A DNA stretch of 64,000 bases, from the NCBI GenBank assembly GCA_963702435.1, contig CAVPCR010000004.1, positions 96,001 to 160,000 of the forward strand, read 5' to 3'. Below, in pieces: positions 47,768-56,255 of the stretch; positions within the stretch are counted from its first letter, which is position 1; every line of letters starts with the position of its first letter. Position numbers and translations under genes: made by a program. Below the pieces are notes generated by a model, which worked only from the letters and a program-made list of their open reading frames with translations, was not told the origin of the DNA and ran no database searches. The DNA comes from Candidatus Eiseniibacteriota bacterium (GTDB taxonomy: Bacteria; Eisenbacteria; RBG-16-71-46; CAVPCR01).

Positions 47768-48241
47768 CTAGGCGGGCCCGGCCGCCGCAATGCGCGACAG
47801 CACGTAATCCGCCGTCCTGAGCGGCAGCTTGACCCGGACGGAGGTGTCTCCGTCATCCACCTCGACGAGGAGATTCCCGCCCCGCTTGCGCACGTTCACG
47901 CGCTCGCCGCAGTTCTCGACGCTCACGAGCGTGAAGTCGGGAGAGCGCCTGAGCTCGGCCAGCGCCGCGTGCACGATCGGCGCGGCGCGCTCGATCTCGG
48001 AGCCGGCATCGCGCAGGACGTCGGCGGGGATGAGCGGCAGCACGAGGAGCGCCAGCGCGCCGGGGCAGGAGAGCGCAAGGTCGCAGTCGTTCGTCGCCTC
48101 CTTCACACGCACGGTCAGCATGCCGAAGCTCACGACCGTATAGGTGAGCCAGCCCCAGGCGACGAGGAAGGCGAGGGCGAGGCTCGCGATGGCGATGTGG
48201 CGTGGTCTGCGCAGGTCTACGCGTGGCATGGTGTACCTCAC
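47768..48241 (-). CDS. Hypothetical membrane-anchored protein
   Basis: N-terminal TM segment. The beta-rich LLVEVDD..VRVKLPL segment resembles the upstream neighbour. Confidence 0.7.
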   Translation of the reverse strand: MRYTMPRVDLRRPRHIAIASLALAFLVAWGWLTYTVVSFGMLTVRVKEATNDCDLALSCPGALALLVLPLIPADVLRDAGSEIERAAPIVHAALAELRRSPDFTLVSVENCGERVNVRKRGGNLLVEVDDGDTSVRVKLPLRTADYVLSRIAAAGPA

Positions 48242-48276
48242 GATGCGCCGATCCGACCGGGTGGCCGTCCGGCCGG

Positions 48277-48918
48277 CTAGTCGGGCCCGGGGTTCGCGTC
48301 GAGCCAGATCCGCACCAGGTCCCGGCCGTCGGCGACGGAGACGATCTCGCCCGGGCCCTCCGCCGCAAGCGTGCTGATCGTGGCGGCGAGATCGATCTCG
48401 CCGTGCCCGGCGGCCTCGGCCGCGAGCAAGGCGTCCACGAGATCGAGCGGGATGCGGATCCGCACCCGGGTGTCCTCGTCGTCCACGTGGAGCAGGAGGT
48501 TCCTGCCGGAGCGGGCGGCGAGCGCCGTTTCGTCGTCGATGGCGACGCGCACGAACTCGCCCTCCGGGGCGGCGGCGATCGCGGCGCGCATCGCGCGGAT
48601 CTGGGCGAGGTCGCTCTCCCCGCCATCGCCCTGGTGATCGAGGCGGATCTTGCCGCCCGAGATCTCCTCCTCGTTGATGAGCGGCAGGATCGCCTGGGCC
48701 AGGCTGAGCGGCACGGTCACGCGGACGCGGGATCCGTCGGGCCCCCCCTCGTCCACCGCCACATGGAGCCAGAGATCGCGGCCCGGGGCGGCAGTGGCGG
48801 GGAGCGCTCCGGGAAGCGCCCCGGTCAGCGCTCCGGCGAGGAGAAGGCCGCCGGCAGCGAGTGCCGCCGGTCGGCGCAGGTGGCGCCCGGCCGGAGCGGG
48901 TGAATTCGGGAGGGCCAT
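48277..48918 (-). CDS. Hypothetical exported protein with internal duplication
   Basis: Signal peptide, two LHV.D..VR(V/I).(V/I)PL.L units and GAGGTG RBS. Confidence 0.75.
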   Translation of the reverse strand: MALPNSPAPAGRHLRRPAALAAGGLLLAGALTGALPGALPATAAPGRDLWLHVAVDEGGPDGSRVRVTVPLSLAQAILPLINEEEISGGKIRLDHQGDGGESDLAQIRAMRAAIAAAPEGEFVRVAIDDETALAARSGRNLLLHVDDEDTRVRIRIPLDLVDALLAAEAAGHGEIDLAATISTLAAEGPGEIVSVADGRDLVRIWLDANPGPD

Positions 48919-49108
48919 GGTGATCGCACCTCGGGTGGGTCGGGCAAACGCGGCCGGCGGGCGCCGGGCGCGCGGCGCGGGCGCACCGGCCGGGGTCTCA
49001 GGGTCGTCCGGTTCTACGGGGGGAGACCGGCGCGGGTTGCAGGAGGGCGGGCAGCCGATCCGGGCAAGCGGCCCCGGGCGGGCCGGGGCGGTGCGCGAGG
49101 GGACGCGC

Positions 49109-50407
49109 TTAGCGCAGCCAGCTCTCGGGGTCGGCCGCGCTCGCTCCGTGCCGCACCTCGAAATGCAGCATGGGCCCCTTGAGCGATCCGGTGTCGCCGA
49201 CGTTTCCGATCGCGTCGCCGCCGGCGACCGTCTGGCCGGTCGTCACCGCGACATCGGCGAGATGGGCGTAGAGCGTGTAGTAGCTCTTGCCGTGATTCAG
49301 GATCACGCAGTTGCCGTAGCCGGTGAGCCAGTCGCAATAGTCCACCATGCCGTCGGCGACGGCGCGCACGGGAGTGCCGGGCGCGGCCTGGATGTCGATG
49401 CCGTTGTTGCGGGTGGAGGTCCCGAACTTGGGATGCGTGTGCAGCCCGTAGCCCTCGAGGACCTTCCCGCGCACGGGCCACGGCAGCTTGCCGCGCGCGA
49501 GCGAGAAGGGGCCCGACGCCGGCACGAAGTCGGGCTCGGTGCGGCGCTGGGTCTCGAGGCGGCGGATCAGGGACTCGAGCCGCTCCTGGGCCACCTTGAG
49601 CTCCTTGGCCGCTGCCTCGTGGGCGGTGCGCTGCTTCCGGAGGCTCGTCACCTGTGACTCGCGCGTCTTCTTGATCTCGATGACGCGCGACTGCTCCTTC
49701 TGCTTCTCGGCCTCGATCTGCTGCACCTCGGCGAAGCTGCGCTCGGCCTCGGTCTTGTTCGCGACCAGCCGCGCGCGCGTGGTCGCGATCGAGCCCATGA
49801 GCTTCCGCTCCTCCTCGGCGAGGCGCCCCAGCAGGTAGATGCGGTCGGCCAGATCGGGCAGCGACTCCGATGAGAAGACGACCTCGACCAGGCTCGGCTG
49901 GCCGGCCTTGTACATCTCACGAACGCGGTGGGCGAGCCGTGCGTTGGCGCGCTCGAGGTCGCTCTCGCGGGAGCGCAGATCCAGCTCGAGAGCGCCGAGG
50001 CGGCGGTTGATCGCGTGCTCCTGATCCGCGAGCTTCCTGAGATAGGTCTTGGTCGAGCTCAGCTGGCGGTCGGCCGTATTGATCTCGGCGAGCACCTGCT
50101 TCTCCTTGCCGCGGAGCTTCTCGGCCTCGGCGCGCTCGTGATCGATCTGCCGTCTGAGCTCGAGGAGCTCCTTCCGGCGTGCCGCGATGTCCTCGGCGCT
50201 GCCGCCGGCGGTGTCGGCCGGGGCGGGGGCAGGCGCCGCCGGCCGGGCCGCCGGCTTCGGCGCCTTCGTCTGGCTCGCCTTCGTCTTCGCGGGGGGCTTC
50301 CCCTTCTGGGCGAGCGCGCGGTCGTCGGTCCCGGCGCTGAGAACCAGGGCGACCAGGGCAACGAGGGCGGCGAGGAGCGCCGGCCCCTGCCGGCGGCGTC
50401 GCCTCAT
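49109..50407 (-). CDS. envC: Murein hydrolase activator EnvC-like (coiled coil + M23 domain)
   Basis: Signal peptide, long coiled coil, LPWPV.G, NNGIDI (degenerate HxxxD), TLYAHL and LHFEVR. Lies downstream of ftsEX. Confidence 0.85.
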   Translation of the reverse strand: MRRRRRQGPALLAALVALVALVLSAGTDDRALAQKGKPPAKTKASQTKAPKPAARPAAPAPAPADTAGGSAEDIAARRKELLELRRQIDHERAEAEKLRGKEKQVLAEINTADRQLSSTKTYLRKLADQEHAINRRLGALELDLRSRESDLERANARLAHRVREMYKAGQPSLVEVVFSSESLPDLADRIYLLGRLAEEERKLMGSIATTRARLVANKTEAERSFAEVQQIEAEKQKEQSRVIEIKKTRESQVTSLRKQRTAHEAAAKELKVAQERLESLIRRLETQRRTEPDFVPASGPFSLARGKLPWPVRGKVLEGYGLHTHPKFGTSTRNNGIDIQAAPGTPVRAVADGMVDYCDWLTGYGNCVILNHGKSYYTLYAHLADVAVTTGQTVAGGDAIGNVGDTGSLKGPMLHFEVRHGASAADPESWLR

Positions 50408-51282
50408 GCCGATCTCCTGAGCACGCCGCCGAGCGACCACAGGGCGCCGGCGAGGCCGAGGGCGGCGGCGAAGGCCAGGAATCCCGCGATCTCGCGCGGC
50501 TCGAGGAAATGCACCTCGGCGTTCAGGAAGCGCGCCGAGAGACCGGAGGTCGCGATCTTGAGCACGAGGAGCGTGCCGATCGCGGCGAGGAGCGTCTGGG
50601 CCACGCCCTCGACCAGGAACGGCATCCGGATGGTGGTGTTCGTGGCGCCGACCGCCTTCATGATCTCGATCATCTCGCGGCGGGCGAGCACGGTGAGGCG
50701 GATGGTCGAGTTGACGGCGAAGGCTACCGCGAGACCGACCAGGATCGCGGTCAGGAGCTCGGCGAGACGCAGGGTGAGGAGCGCCTTGTCGAGACGCTGG
50801 AGCCACTCGCCGCCGAAGCGCACGTCCTCCACGCCTTCGAGGGCGCCCGCGGCGGCGGCGATCTCCTCGATGCGGGCGGCGGTCGCGGCGCCCGGCGCGA
50901 GCTCGACGCGGAAGGAGGCCGGGAGCGGGTTGTAGCCGAGCGCCTCGACCAGGTCGTAGCGGCCGGCGTCGGCGCGGAAGGCGGCGAGCGCCTCGTCCTT
51001 CGAGATGTAGCGCACGCTGTCCACACCGGCCGTGGCACCGAGCGCGCTCGCGATCGCATCGCGCTTGGCGGCCGCGAGGCGGTCGGCGAGGTAGACGTCG
51101 ATGACCCTCCGGTTTTCGAGCGAGCGCACGCTCCGCTCGATGTTGGATGTGATGAGGAGCGTGATGGCGAGCACGAGGAGCGAGGCCGAGATCGAGAGGA
51201 TCGCGGCGATCATGAGCGCCGGGTGGCGGCGGGCCGAGGCGAACCCCTCGCGCGCCAGGTAGAGGAAGCCGCGCGGGCTCAT
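50404..51282 (-). CDS. ftsX: Cell division permease FtsX
   Basis: YISKDEAL, NPLPASF, NSTIRLT..ARR..IEIMK.VGAT...IR.PFLVEG. Confidence 0.93.
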   Translation of the reverse strand: MSPRGFLYLAREGFASARRHPALMIAAILSISASLLVLAITLLITSNIERSVRSLENRRVIDVYLADRLAAAKRDAIASALGATAGVDSVRYISKDEALAAFRADAGRYDLVEALGYNPLPASFRVELAPGAATAARIEEIAAAAGALEGVEDVRFGGEWLQRLDKALLTLRLAELLTAILVGLAVAFAVNSTIRLTVLARREMIEIMKAVGATNTTIRMPFLVEGVAQTLLAAIGTLLVLKIATSGLSARFLNAEVHFLEPREIAGFLAFAAALGLAGALWSLGGVLRRSA

Positions 51283-52026
51283 GCCCCGGCTCCGGCCCAG
51301 CAGGCAGGCACCGGCACCGGCACCGGCCCCGGCTCTCGATCCCGCCGCGGCGGGGCGGAGCGGCCGCGCGAGCTCGCGCACGATGCCGCTCTCCATGTGG
51401 ACGAGACGATCGCGGTGGGGGTCGGCGCGGCCCGGGTTGTGCGTGACGAGGATGATGCCGGTGCCCGCCAGATGAACCTCGCGGAGGAGCGCGAACAGCT
51501 CGTCTCCGGCCCGCGGGTCGAGATTCCCCGCCGGCTCGTCGGCCAGCAGGTAGAGCGGATCAAGGACGATGGCACGGGCGAGCCCGACTCGCTGCTGCTC
51601 GCCGCCCGAGAGCTCGAGCGGGCGCGCGTGCCGGCGGTGGGCGAGGCCGACCCGGTGGAGAGCCCGGAGCGTGCGCTCCTTGATCGCGCGCGGATGGTCG
51701 ACGCCGGTGATGCGAAGCGCGAACGCCACGTTGTCGTAGATCGTGCGGTCCTTGAGCAGCTTGAAGTCCTGGTAGATCACCCCGAGCTGGCGGCGGAGCT
51801 GCGGGACATCGCGGCTCTTGAGCGCCGAGCTCCGGAACGACTCGACGATGACCTCGCCGCGGTCGGGCAGGACCTCGAACGTGATCGCCTTGAGCAGCGT
51901 CGACTTGCCGGCGCCACTGGGGCCGGAGATGACCACGAACTCGCCGCGGTCGACGCTCAGGCAGACGTCGTCGAGCGCGACATGTCCGCCGTGATACGAC
52001 TTCGAGGCATGAACGAAGTGGATCAT
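51279..52026 (-). CDS. ftsE: Cell division ATP-binding protein FtsE (as assembled, reads in frame into ftsX)
   Basis: GPSGAGKST, GVIYQDFKLL, LSGGEQQR and ADEPAGNLD. There is no in-frame stop before ftsX; a stop in the +1 frame sits at 51279. Confidence 0.9.
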
Positions 52027-53279
52027 CGCGGGCGCCGGGGGGCGCCGGCATCTCCTCCTGCCTTCCAGGTCCAGTCGATGCGGCCGGGAGCGAGCCGGCC
52101 CGCCATGCGTCCGGCCATGCGCAGCGCGGCGACCATGCTCTCCTCGCTGGCCACGCCTTGCCACGCGATGTCGGGTGCCGTGCCGTGCTCGACCGACGTG
52201 CGCAGGAAGGGGATGCCGAGACTCAGGTTGACCACCTTGCCGCGGCCGAGAGCGCGCACCGGCGCGAGCCCCTGGTCGTGGTACATCGCGATGACGACGT
52301 CGAACTCCTCGTTCACCGCGCGCATGAACACGGTGTCTCCGGAGAAGGGGCCGTGCACGTCGATGCCGCCGGCGCGCGCTTCCTCGATCGCCGGGCGGAT
52401 CCGCTCCGTCTCCTCGGTGCCGACGCGACCGGATTCGCCGCAGTGCGGGTTGAGCGCGGCGACGGCGAGGCGCGGCTGCCGCCGGGCGAAGAACTTCTGC
52501 ATCGCGATCTGGGTGAGCTCGACCACGTCGACCACCCGCGCCTTGGTCACCGTGCGCGCCACCTTCGAGAGCGGCACATGCGTGGTGACGAGGGTGACGC
52601 GGAGCCGCGGCGAGATGAACATCGGAACACAGCGCTTCGCCTCGCATAGACTGGCCAGGAACTCGGTGTGGCCGGCGAAGGCGATGCCGAGGTCGAGGAA
52701 CGCCTCCTTGGAGATGGGAGCGGTCGTGATCGCGCGCACCTTGCCGTTGAGGGCGAGCTTGGCGGCGAGGCGCACCGCGGCGGCGGCGGCGCGGCCGGTG
52801 GTCGAGGAATGCGCGCCGGGGACGACGCGCTTCAGGTCGGCCCCGAACGCGTCCACCAGGTAGAGCACCGAGGTGTCGAACTCGGACGGTGCGTCCTCGA
52901 TCGCGATCGGGCGCACCTTCATGTGCGTCGCGAAGCGCCGGCAGGCCTCCTGCATGATCTCGCGCCCGCCGATGACGACCGGGCGGCAGTCCTTGAGGCA
53001 CTCGCCGCCGTGAATCGCCTTGACCACGACCTCGGGGCCGATGCCCGCGGGGTCGCCCATGGTGACGGCGACGAGCGGGGGCGGCTCGCGGCGCGGGCGG
53101 GCGGTGAAGTGCGGCTCGGGCTCGACGTCGAGGATCGATTCGATCTCGCGGGACGAGCGGGTCGCCGTGCCGGTGCCGCCACCGCCGCGCTCGGAGCCGG
53201 AGTGACCGCGGGTTGCGTCACCGGCAGTCGTGACGTGGGGCGCGAAGCGGCCGGGTCGCCGGCGCCTGGTCTCAGCCAT
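52023..53279 (-). CDS. pdxA: 4-hydroxythreonine-4-phosphate dehydrogenase with N-terminal extension
   Basis: TMGDPAGIGPE, TAPISK, GHTEFL, LNPHCGE, MYHDQG and RTSVEHGTA. Confidence 0.93.
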   Translation of the reverse strand: MAETRRRRPGRFAPHVTTAGDATRGHSGSERGGGGTGTATRSSREIESILDVEPEPHFTARPRREPPPLVAVTMGDPAGIGPEVVVKAIHGGECLKDCRPVVIGGREIMQEACRRFATHMKVRPIAIEDAPSEFDTSVLYLVDAFGADLKRVVPGAHSSTTGRAAAAAVRLAAKLALNGKVRAITTAPISKEAFLDLGIAFAGHTEFLASLCEAKRCVPMFISPRLRVTLVTTHVPLSKVARTVTKARVVDVVELTQIAMQKFFARRQPRLAVAALNPHCGESGRVGTEETERIRPAIEEARAGGIDVHGPFSGDTVFMRAVNEEFDVVIAMYHDQGLAPVRALGRGKVVNLSLGIPFLRTSVEHGTAPDIAWQGVASEESMVAALRMAGRMAGRLAPGRIDWTWKAGGDAGAPRRPR

Positions 53280-53991
53280 GGTGCGTCCACTCGAGCGCGG
53301 GGGCCGACGCGGTGTCCCCGGCGGCGGAGGTGGTCGCGGCGGCGGTGGCGTCGCCGGCGGCGACAGTGGTCGCGGCGGACCGCAGAAAATCGCGCAGCAG
53401 CTTCATGTGCTCCCACATGATCCGCTTCTTCGACGGGTCGCGCAGGAGAAAGGCCGGATGGTAGAGCACCATGAACTGGATCCCCGGATATCGCTTGAGC
53501 GTGAAGAAGCGGCCGGCTTCCTCCTCCATGGTAAACTCCCCGCGCGCGGGGTCGATCCACTTGAGCGCGACGGCGCCGAGGAGGAGAACGACGCGCGGCT
53601 TGACGAGTTCGATCTGGCGCTCGAGATAGGGGAGGCAAGCCTCCGCCTCCGCCGAGGTCGGCGAGCGGTCGATGGCGGGCTTGCACTTGGCGACGTTCAC
53701 GATGAGGGCATCGCGGTTCGAGTCGAGGCCGATCGAGGCGAGGATCTTGTCGAGCATCTCGCCGGCGCGGCCGACGAAGGCGAGCCCGGTCGCATCCTCG
53801 TTCTCGCCCGGGCGCTCGGAGATGACGAGGAGCGGCGCCTCCGGATTGCCGCGATCGACGACGATGTGGGCGCGGCTGTCGGCGAGCTCGCAGCGGCGGC
53901 AGTTGTAGGCGCGGAGTCGCTCGGCGAACTCGGCGTAGGTGGGCGCGGCCAGGATGGCGTTGCGTTCCTGATCGAAGATGTCGATCTGCAT
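53272..53991 (-). CDS. Uracil-DNA glycosylase, family 4 (Fe-S)
   Basis: CRRC...KC.P...C cluster ligands, ERPG..ED..G..FVG.AG, LGA.A and YHPA.LLR. Confidence 0.88.
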   Translation of the reverse strand: MQIDIFDQERNAILAAPTYAEFAERLRAYNCRRCELADSRAHIVVDRGNPEAPLLVISERPGENEDATGLAFVGRAGEMLDKILASIGLDSNRDALIVNVAKCKPAIDRSPTSAEAEACLPYLERQIELVKPRVVLLLGAVALKWIDPARGEFTMEEEAGRFFTLKRYPGIQFMVLYHPAFLLRDPSKKRIMWEHMKLLRDFLRSAATTVAAGDATAAATTSAAGDTASAPALEWTHHG

Positions 53992-54079
53992 GGGTGCGCT
54001 CGCCTCCGCGCCCTGCTGGTTGCCGGGGCTCTTGCTCCGGCGGAAAGCCAAACGATTGTGAGAGTGGAGTCTAGGCGCT

Positions 54080-55798
54080 GTGGGTGAGGGTGTCAATCGG
54101 CGGCGGGCGCACGGGCGCGATTGCGCGCTCGGTGCGCGCCGCGCGGCGCACGTCCTGGCGCTCTTCCTGGCGCTGAGTTGCGCGCGCCCGCCCGCTCCGG
54201 ACCCCATCTGCTCGCGTCCGGCGCCGGCGCCCGGTGATCCGGCGCGGCTCGCATTCACCGCGCGCGGTCGCGTGTGGATCGCGGAGCGGGCCGCCGGCGG
54301 GGGCGATGACCGGCGCGGCGGTGGGCTCTGGCGGGCCCGGCCGCTCGCGGGCGGCGTGCGGCAGGACCGGCCGGCATGGTTTCCCGACGGGCGCGCGCTC
54401 GCGCTCTCGATGTGGTTTGCGGCCGGGGAGAACGCGGATCTCGCGGTCGTCGCCGGCGGGACGACGACCCGGCTCACGACCACCGTCGCTGCGGAGCTGC
54501 TCGACGATGTGGCGCCCGGCGGGCGGCTCCTCTTCGAGCGGGACGGGCGGCTCGTCGAGATGTCGGATGCGCTCGACCCCGACCGGCGCGCCGAGCGCGT
54601 GCTCACGCGCGGCCGCGACGGCCGCTACACGCCCGGCGGGCGGCATGTCCTCTTCGTGCGCGGGAACGAGAGCGAGCCGCTCGGCCCGTTCCGGGAGGGC
54701 TACCAGGGCGGGGACGACTCCGACCTCTATCTCCTCGATCTCGCGACCCTCGCCGTCACCTCGCTCACCGACTCGCCCGCGAATGATGAGTGCCCGCTCC
54801 CGCTCGACGACGTGGGGCGGCGTTTCATCGTCTGCCGCGAGCGCGGCGGTCCTTACCGGCCGTGGTTCGTGCAGGCGCTGAGCGACCGCATCCATCGAGT
54901 GCGCCGCCTGCCGATGCCGGAGGGCGCCTTCGCGATCCTGTGGCCGGCGGCGCGAGCGTCCGGAGCCGGGGTGGCGGGCGCGGCGGGCGCGGCGGAGATC
55001 GAGCTCGTTGCCGAGGCGGACGGGCACCTCGTCCACACCGTGGGCGCCATCGGGGATACGGGAATGACGTTTGCGCCGGCGACGCTGCTCCGGATCCGGC
55101 TCGCGCCGAGCGGGCTCGATGTCGATGCGGCGCGGAGCGCCGGCGGAGCGCGCTTCGACGAGGTAGCGGCACTGGCCGCAGCGGGGCCGGTGACCGGCGA
55201 GCGCTGGCGCGCGATCCCGGAGCGGGCGCGCCGGCGCGTGCGCGTGGAGATGGAGCGGACAGCGGATCCCGGCGCCGCCGACGACCTTCTCCGGCGTCTC
55301 CTCGGGCGGCTCGGGTTGCCCGGCGTCGACCTCGTATCTGCGAGCAGCAAGCGCACGCCGGTCCGGCCCGACGACGCGCTTGCGGATTCGATCGCGGCCG
55401 TGCTCGGCGCCGGTGCGCCCGCGGTGCTCGATCTGCGCGGTGCGTGCGGCGGTGACGCCGTTCCCGACTCGCTCGCCGCGGCGAGCGCGGCGCGCGGACG
55501 GATCGTCGTGCTGATCGATGAAGAGACCTACGGCAATGCGGAGATTCTTGCGGAGCGGTTGAGGGATCTGGGCGCCGCCCGGCTGGTCGGGCGCCCGACC
55601 GCCGGCGCCGCGGTGCCCACCGCCGCGTATCGGCTCGCCACCGGCGGCACGCTCGTCCTGCCGCGCGCGGTGCGGGCGCCGGGGACCCCCGGCAGCGAAG
55701 GCGTGGTCCCGGACGTCTACGTGCCGCCGCGCGAGGATCCTGCAGCGGAGCCGTGGCTCGCGTCGGCGCTCCGGGCGGCGCGCGGCCGCGGGCGATGA
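54080..55798 (+). CDS. Lipoprotein with TolB-like repeats and degenerate S41 (tricorn-like) domain
   Basis: Lipobox LALSC, PAWFPDG, Y.GG...D.Y, DLR, VLIDEETYGNAE, VG.PT.GA and EGVVPDV.V. Start codon uncertain. Confidence 0.7.
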   Translation: MGEGVNRRRAHGRDCALGARRAAHVLALFLALSCARPPAPDPICSRPAPAPGDPARLAFTARGRVWIAERAAGGGDDRRGGGLWRARPLAGGVRQDRPAWFPDGRALALSMWFAAGENADLAVVAGGTTTRLTTTVAAELLDDVAPGGRLLFERDGRLVEMSDALDPDRRAERVLTRGRDGRYTPGGRHVLFVRGNESEPLGPFREGYQGGDDSDLYLLDLATLAVTSLTDSPANDECPLPLDDVGRRFIVCRERGGPYRPWFVQALSDRIHRVRRLPMPEGAFAILWPAARASGAGVAGAAGAAEIELVAEADGHLVHTVGAIGDTGMTFAPATLLRIRLAPSGLDVDAARSAGGARFDEVAALAAAGPVTGERWRAIPERARRRVRVEMERTADPGAADDLLRRLLGRLGLPGVDLVSASSKRTPVRPDDALADSIAAVLGAGAPAVLDLRGACGGDAVPDSLAAASAARGRIVVLIDEETYGNAEILAERLRDLGAARLVGRPTAGAAVPTAAYRLATGGTLVLPRAVRAPGTPGSEGVVPDVYVPPREDPAAEPWLASALRAARGRGR

Positions 55799-55947
55799 GG
55801 CGCCCGACCCGTGGGCGCACTGCTGCGGGAGGCTCCTGGTCGTGGCGCTCGCAGAAACCGGACCGGACAGGCAGACATCCCCCCGCCTTAGAAACAGCTG
55901 CTTCTTGGTCCTTGTCGCAACCCGCGAAACGTATGACCTTTCAGTTA

Positions 55948-56223
55948 GAGGGGGGGCCGGTCTCGGGTGTTCGCATCTGGTCTAGCAAGGCGAACCGGGT
56001 TCGCCTTCCTACGGGGGCGGTTCAACCACGAGTCGGGGGATGGAAAGACGGGCCTTGCAGGGGTTTCCGAGAGGTCGGCGGAGAGGCCCCGGGTGAGCCC
56101 CGGAGCCGGCCGAGTTCGCCTTTCCACGCGGAAGGCGGACTACGGTGTGACGCCACGCGTCGCTGATGTTGGAGTTGGCGAAGCACCGGTCGTTCGGCCC
56201 CCCTTTCGCAAGGAGGGCCGAAC
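55948..56223. ncRNA. Structured non-coding RNA candidate (rod-like, possibly 6S-related); strand unresolved
   Basis: Nested long-range stems 55948-60/56194-206, 55967-75/56178-87 and 55981-87/56167-73, plus four local hairpins, between convergent genes. Confidence 0.4.
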
Positions 56224-56255
56224 TTGTCAAGATTACGGGTTACGGATTCTCATCT

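Noticed and set aside
55890..55920. Minus-strand CAAGGACCAAGAAGCAGC resembling SRP RNA domain IV
   Set aside because: It lacks the GNRA-capped helix and the flanking long stem.
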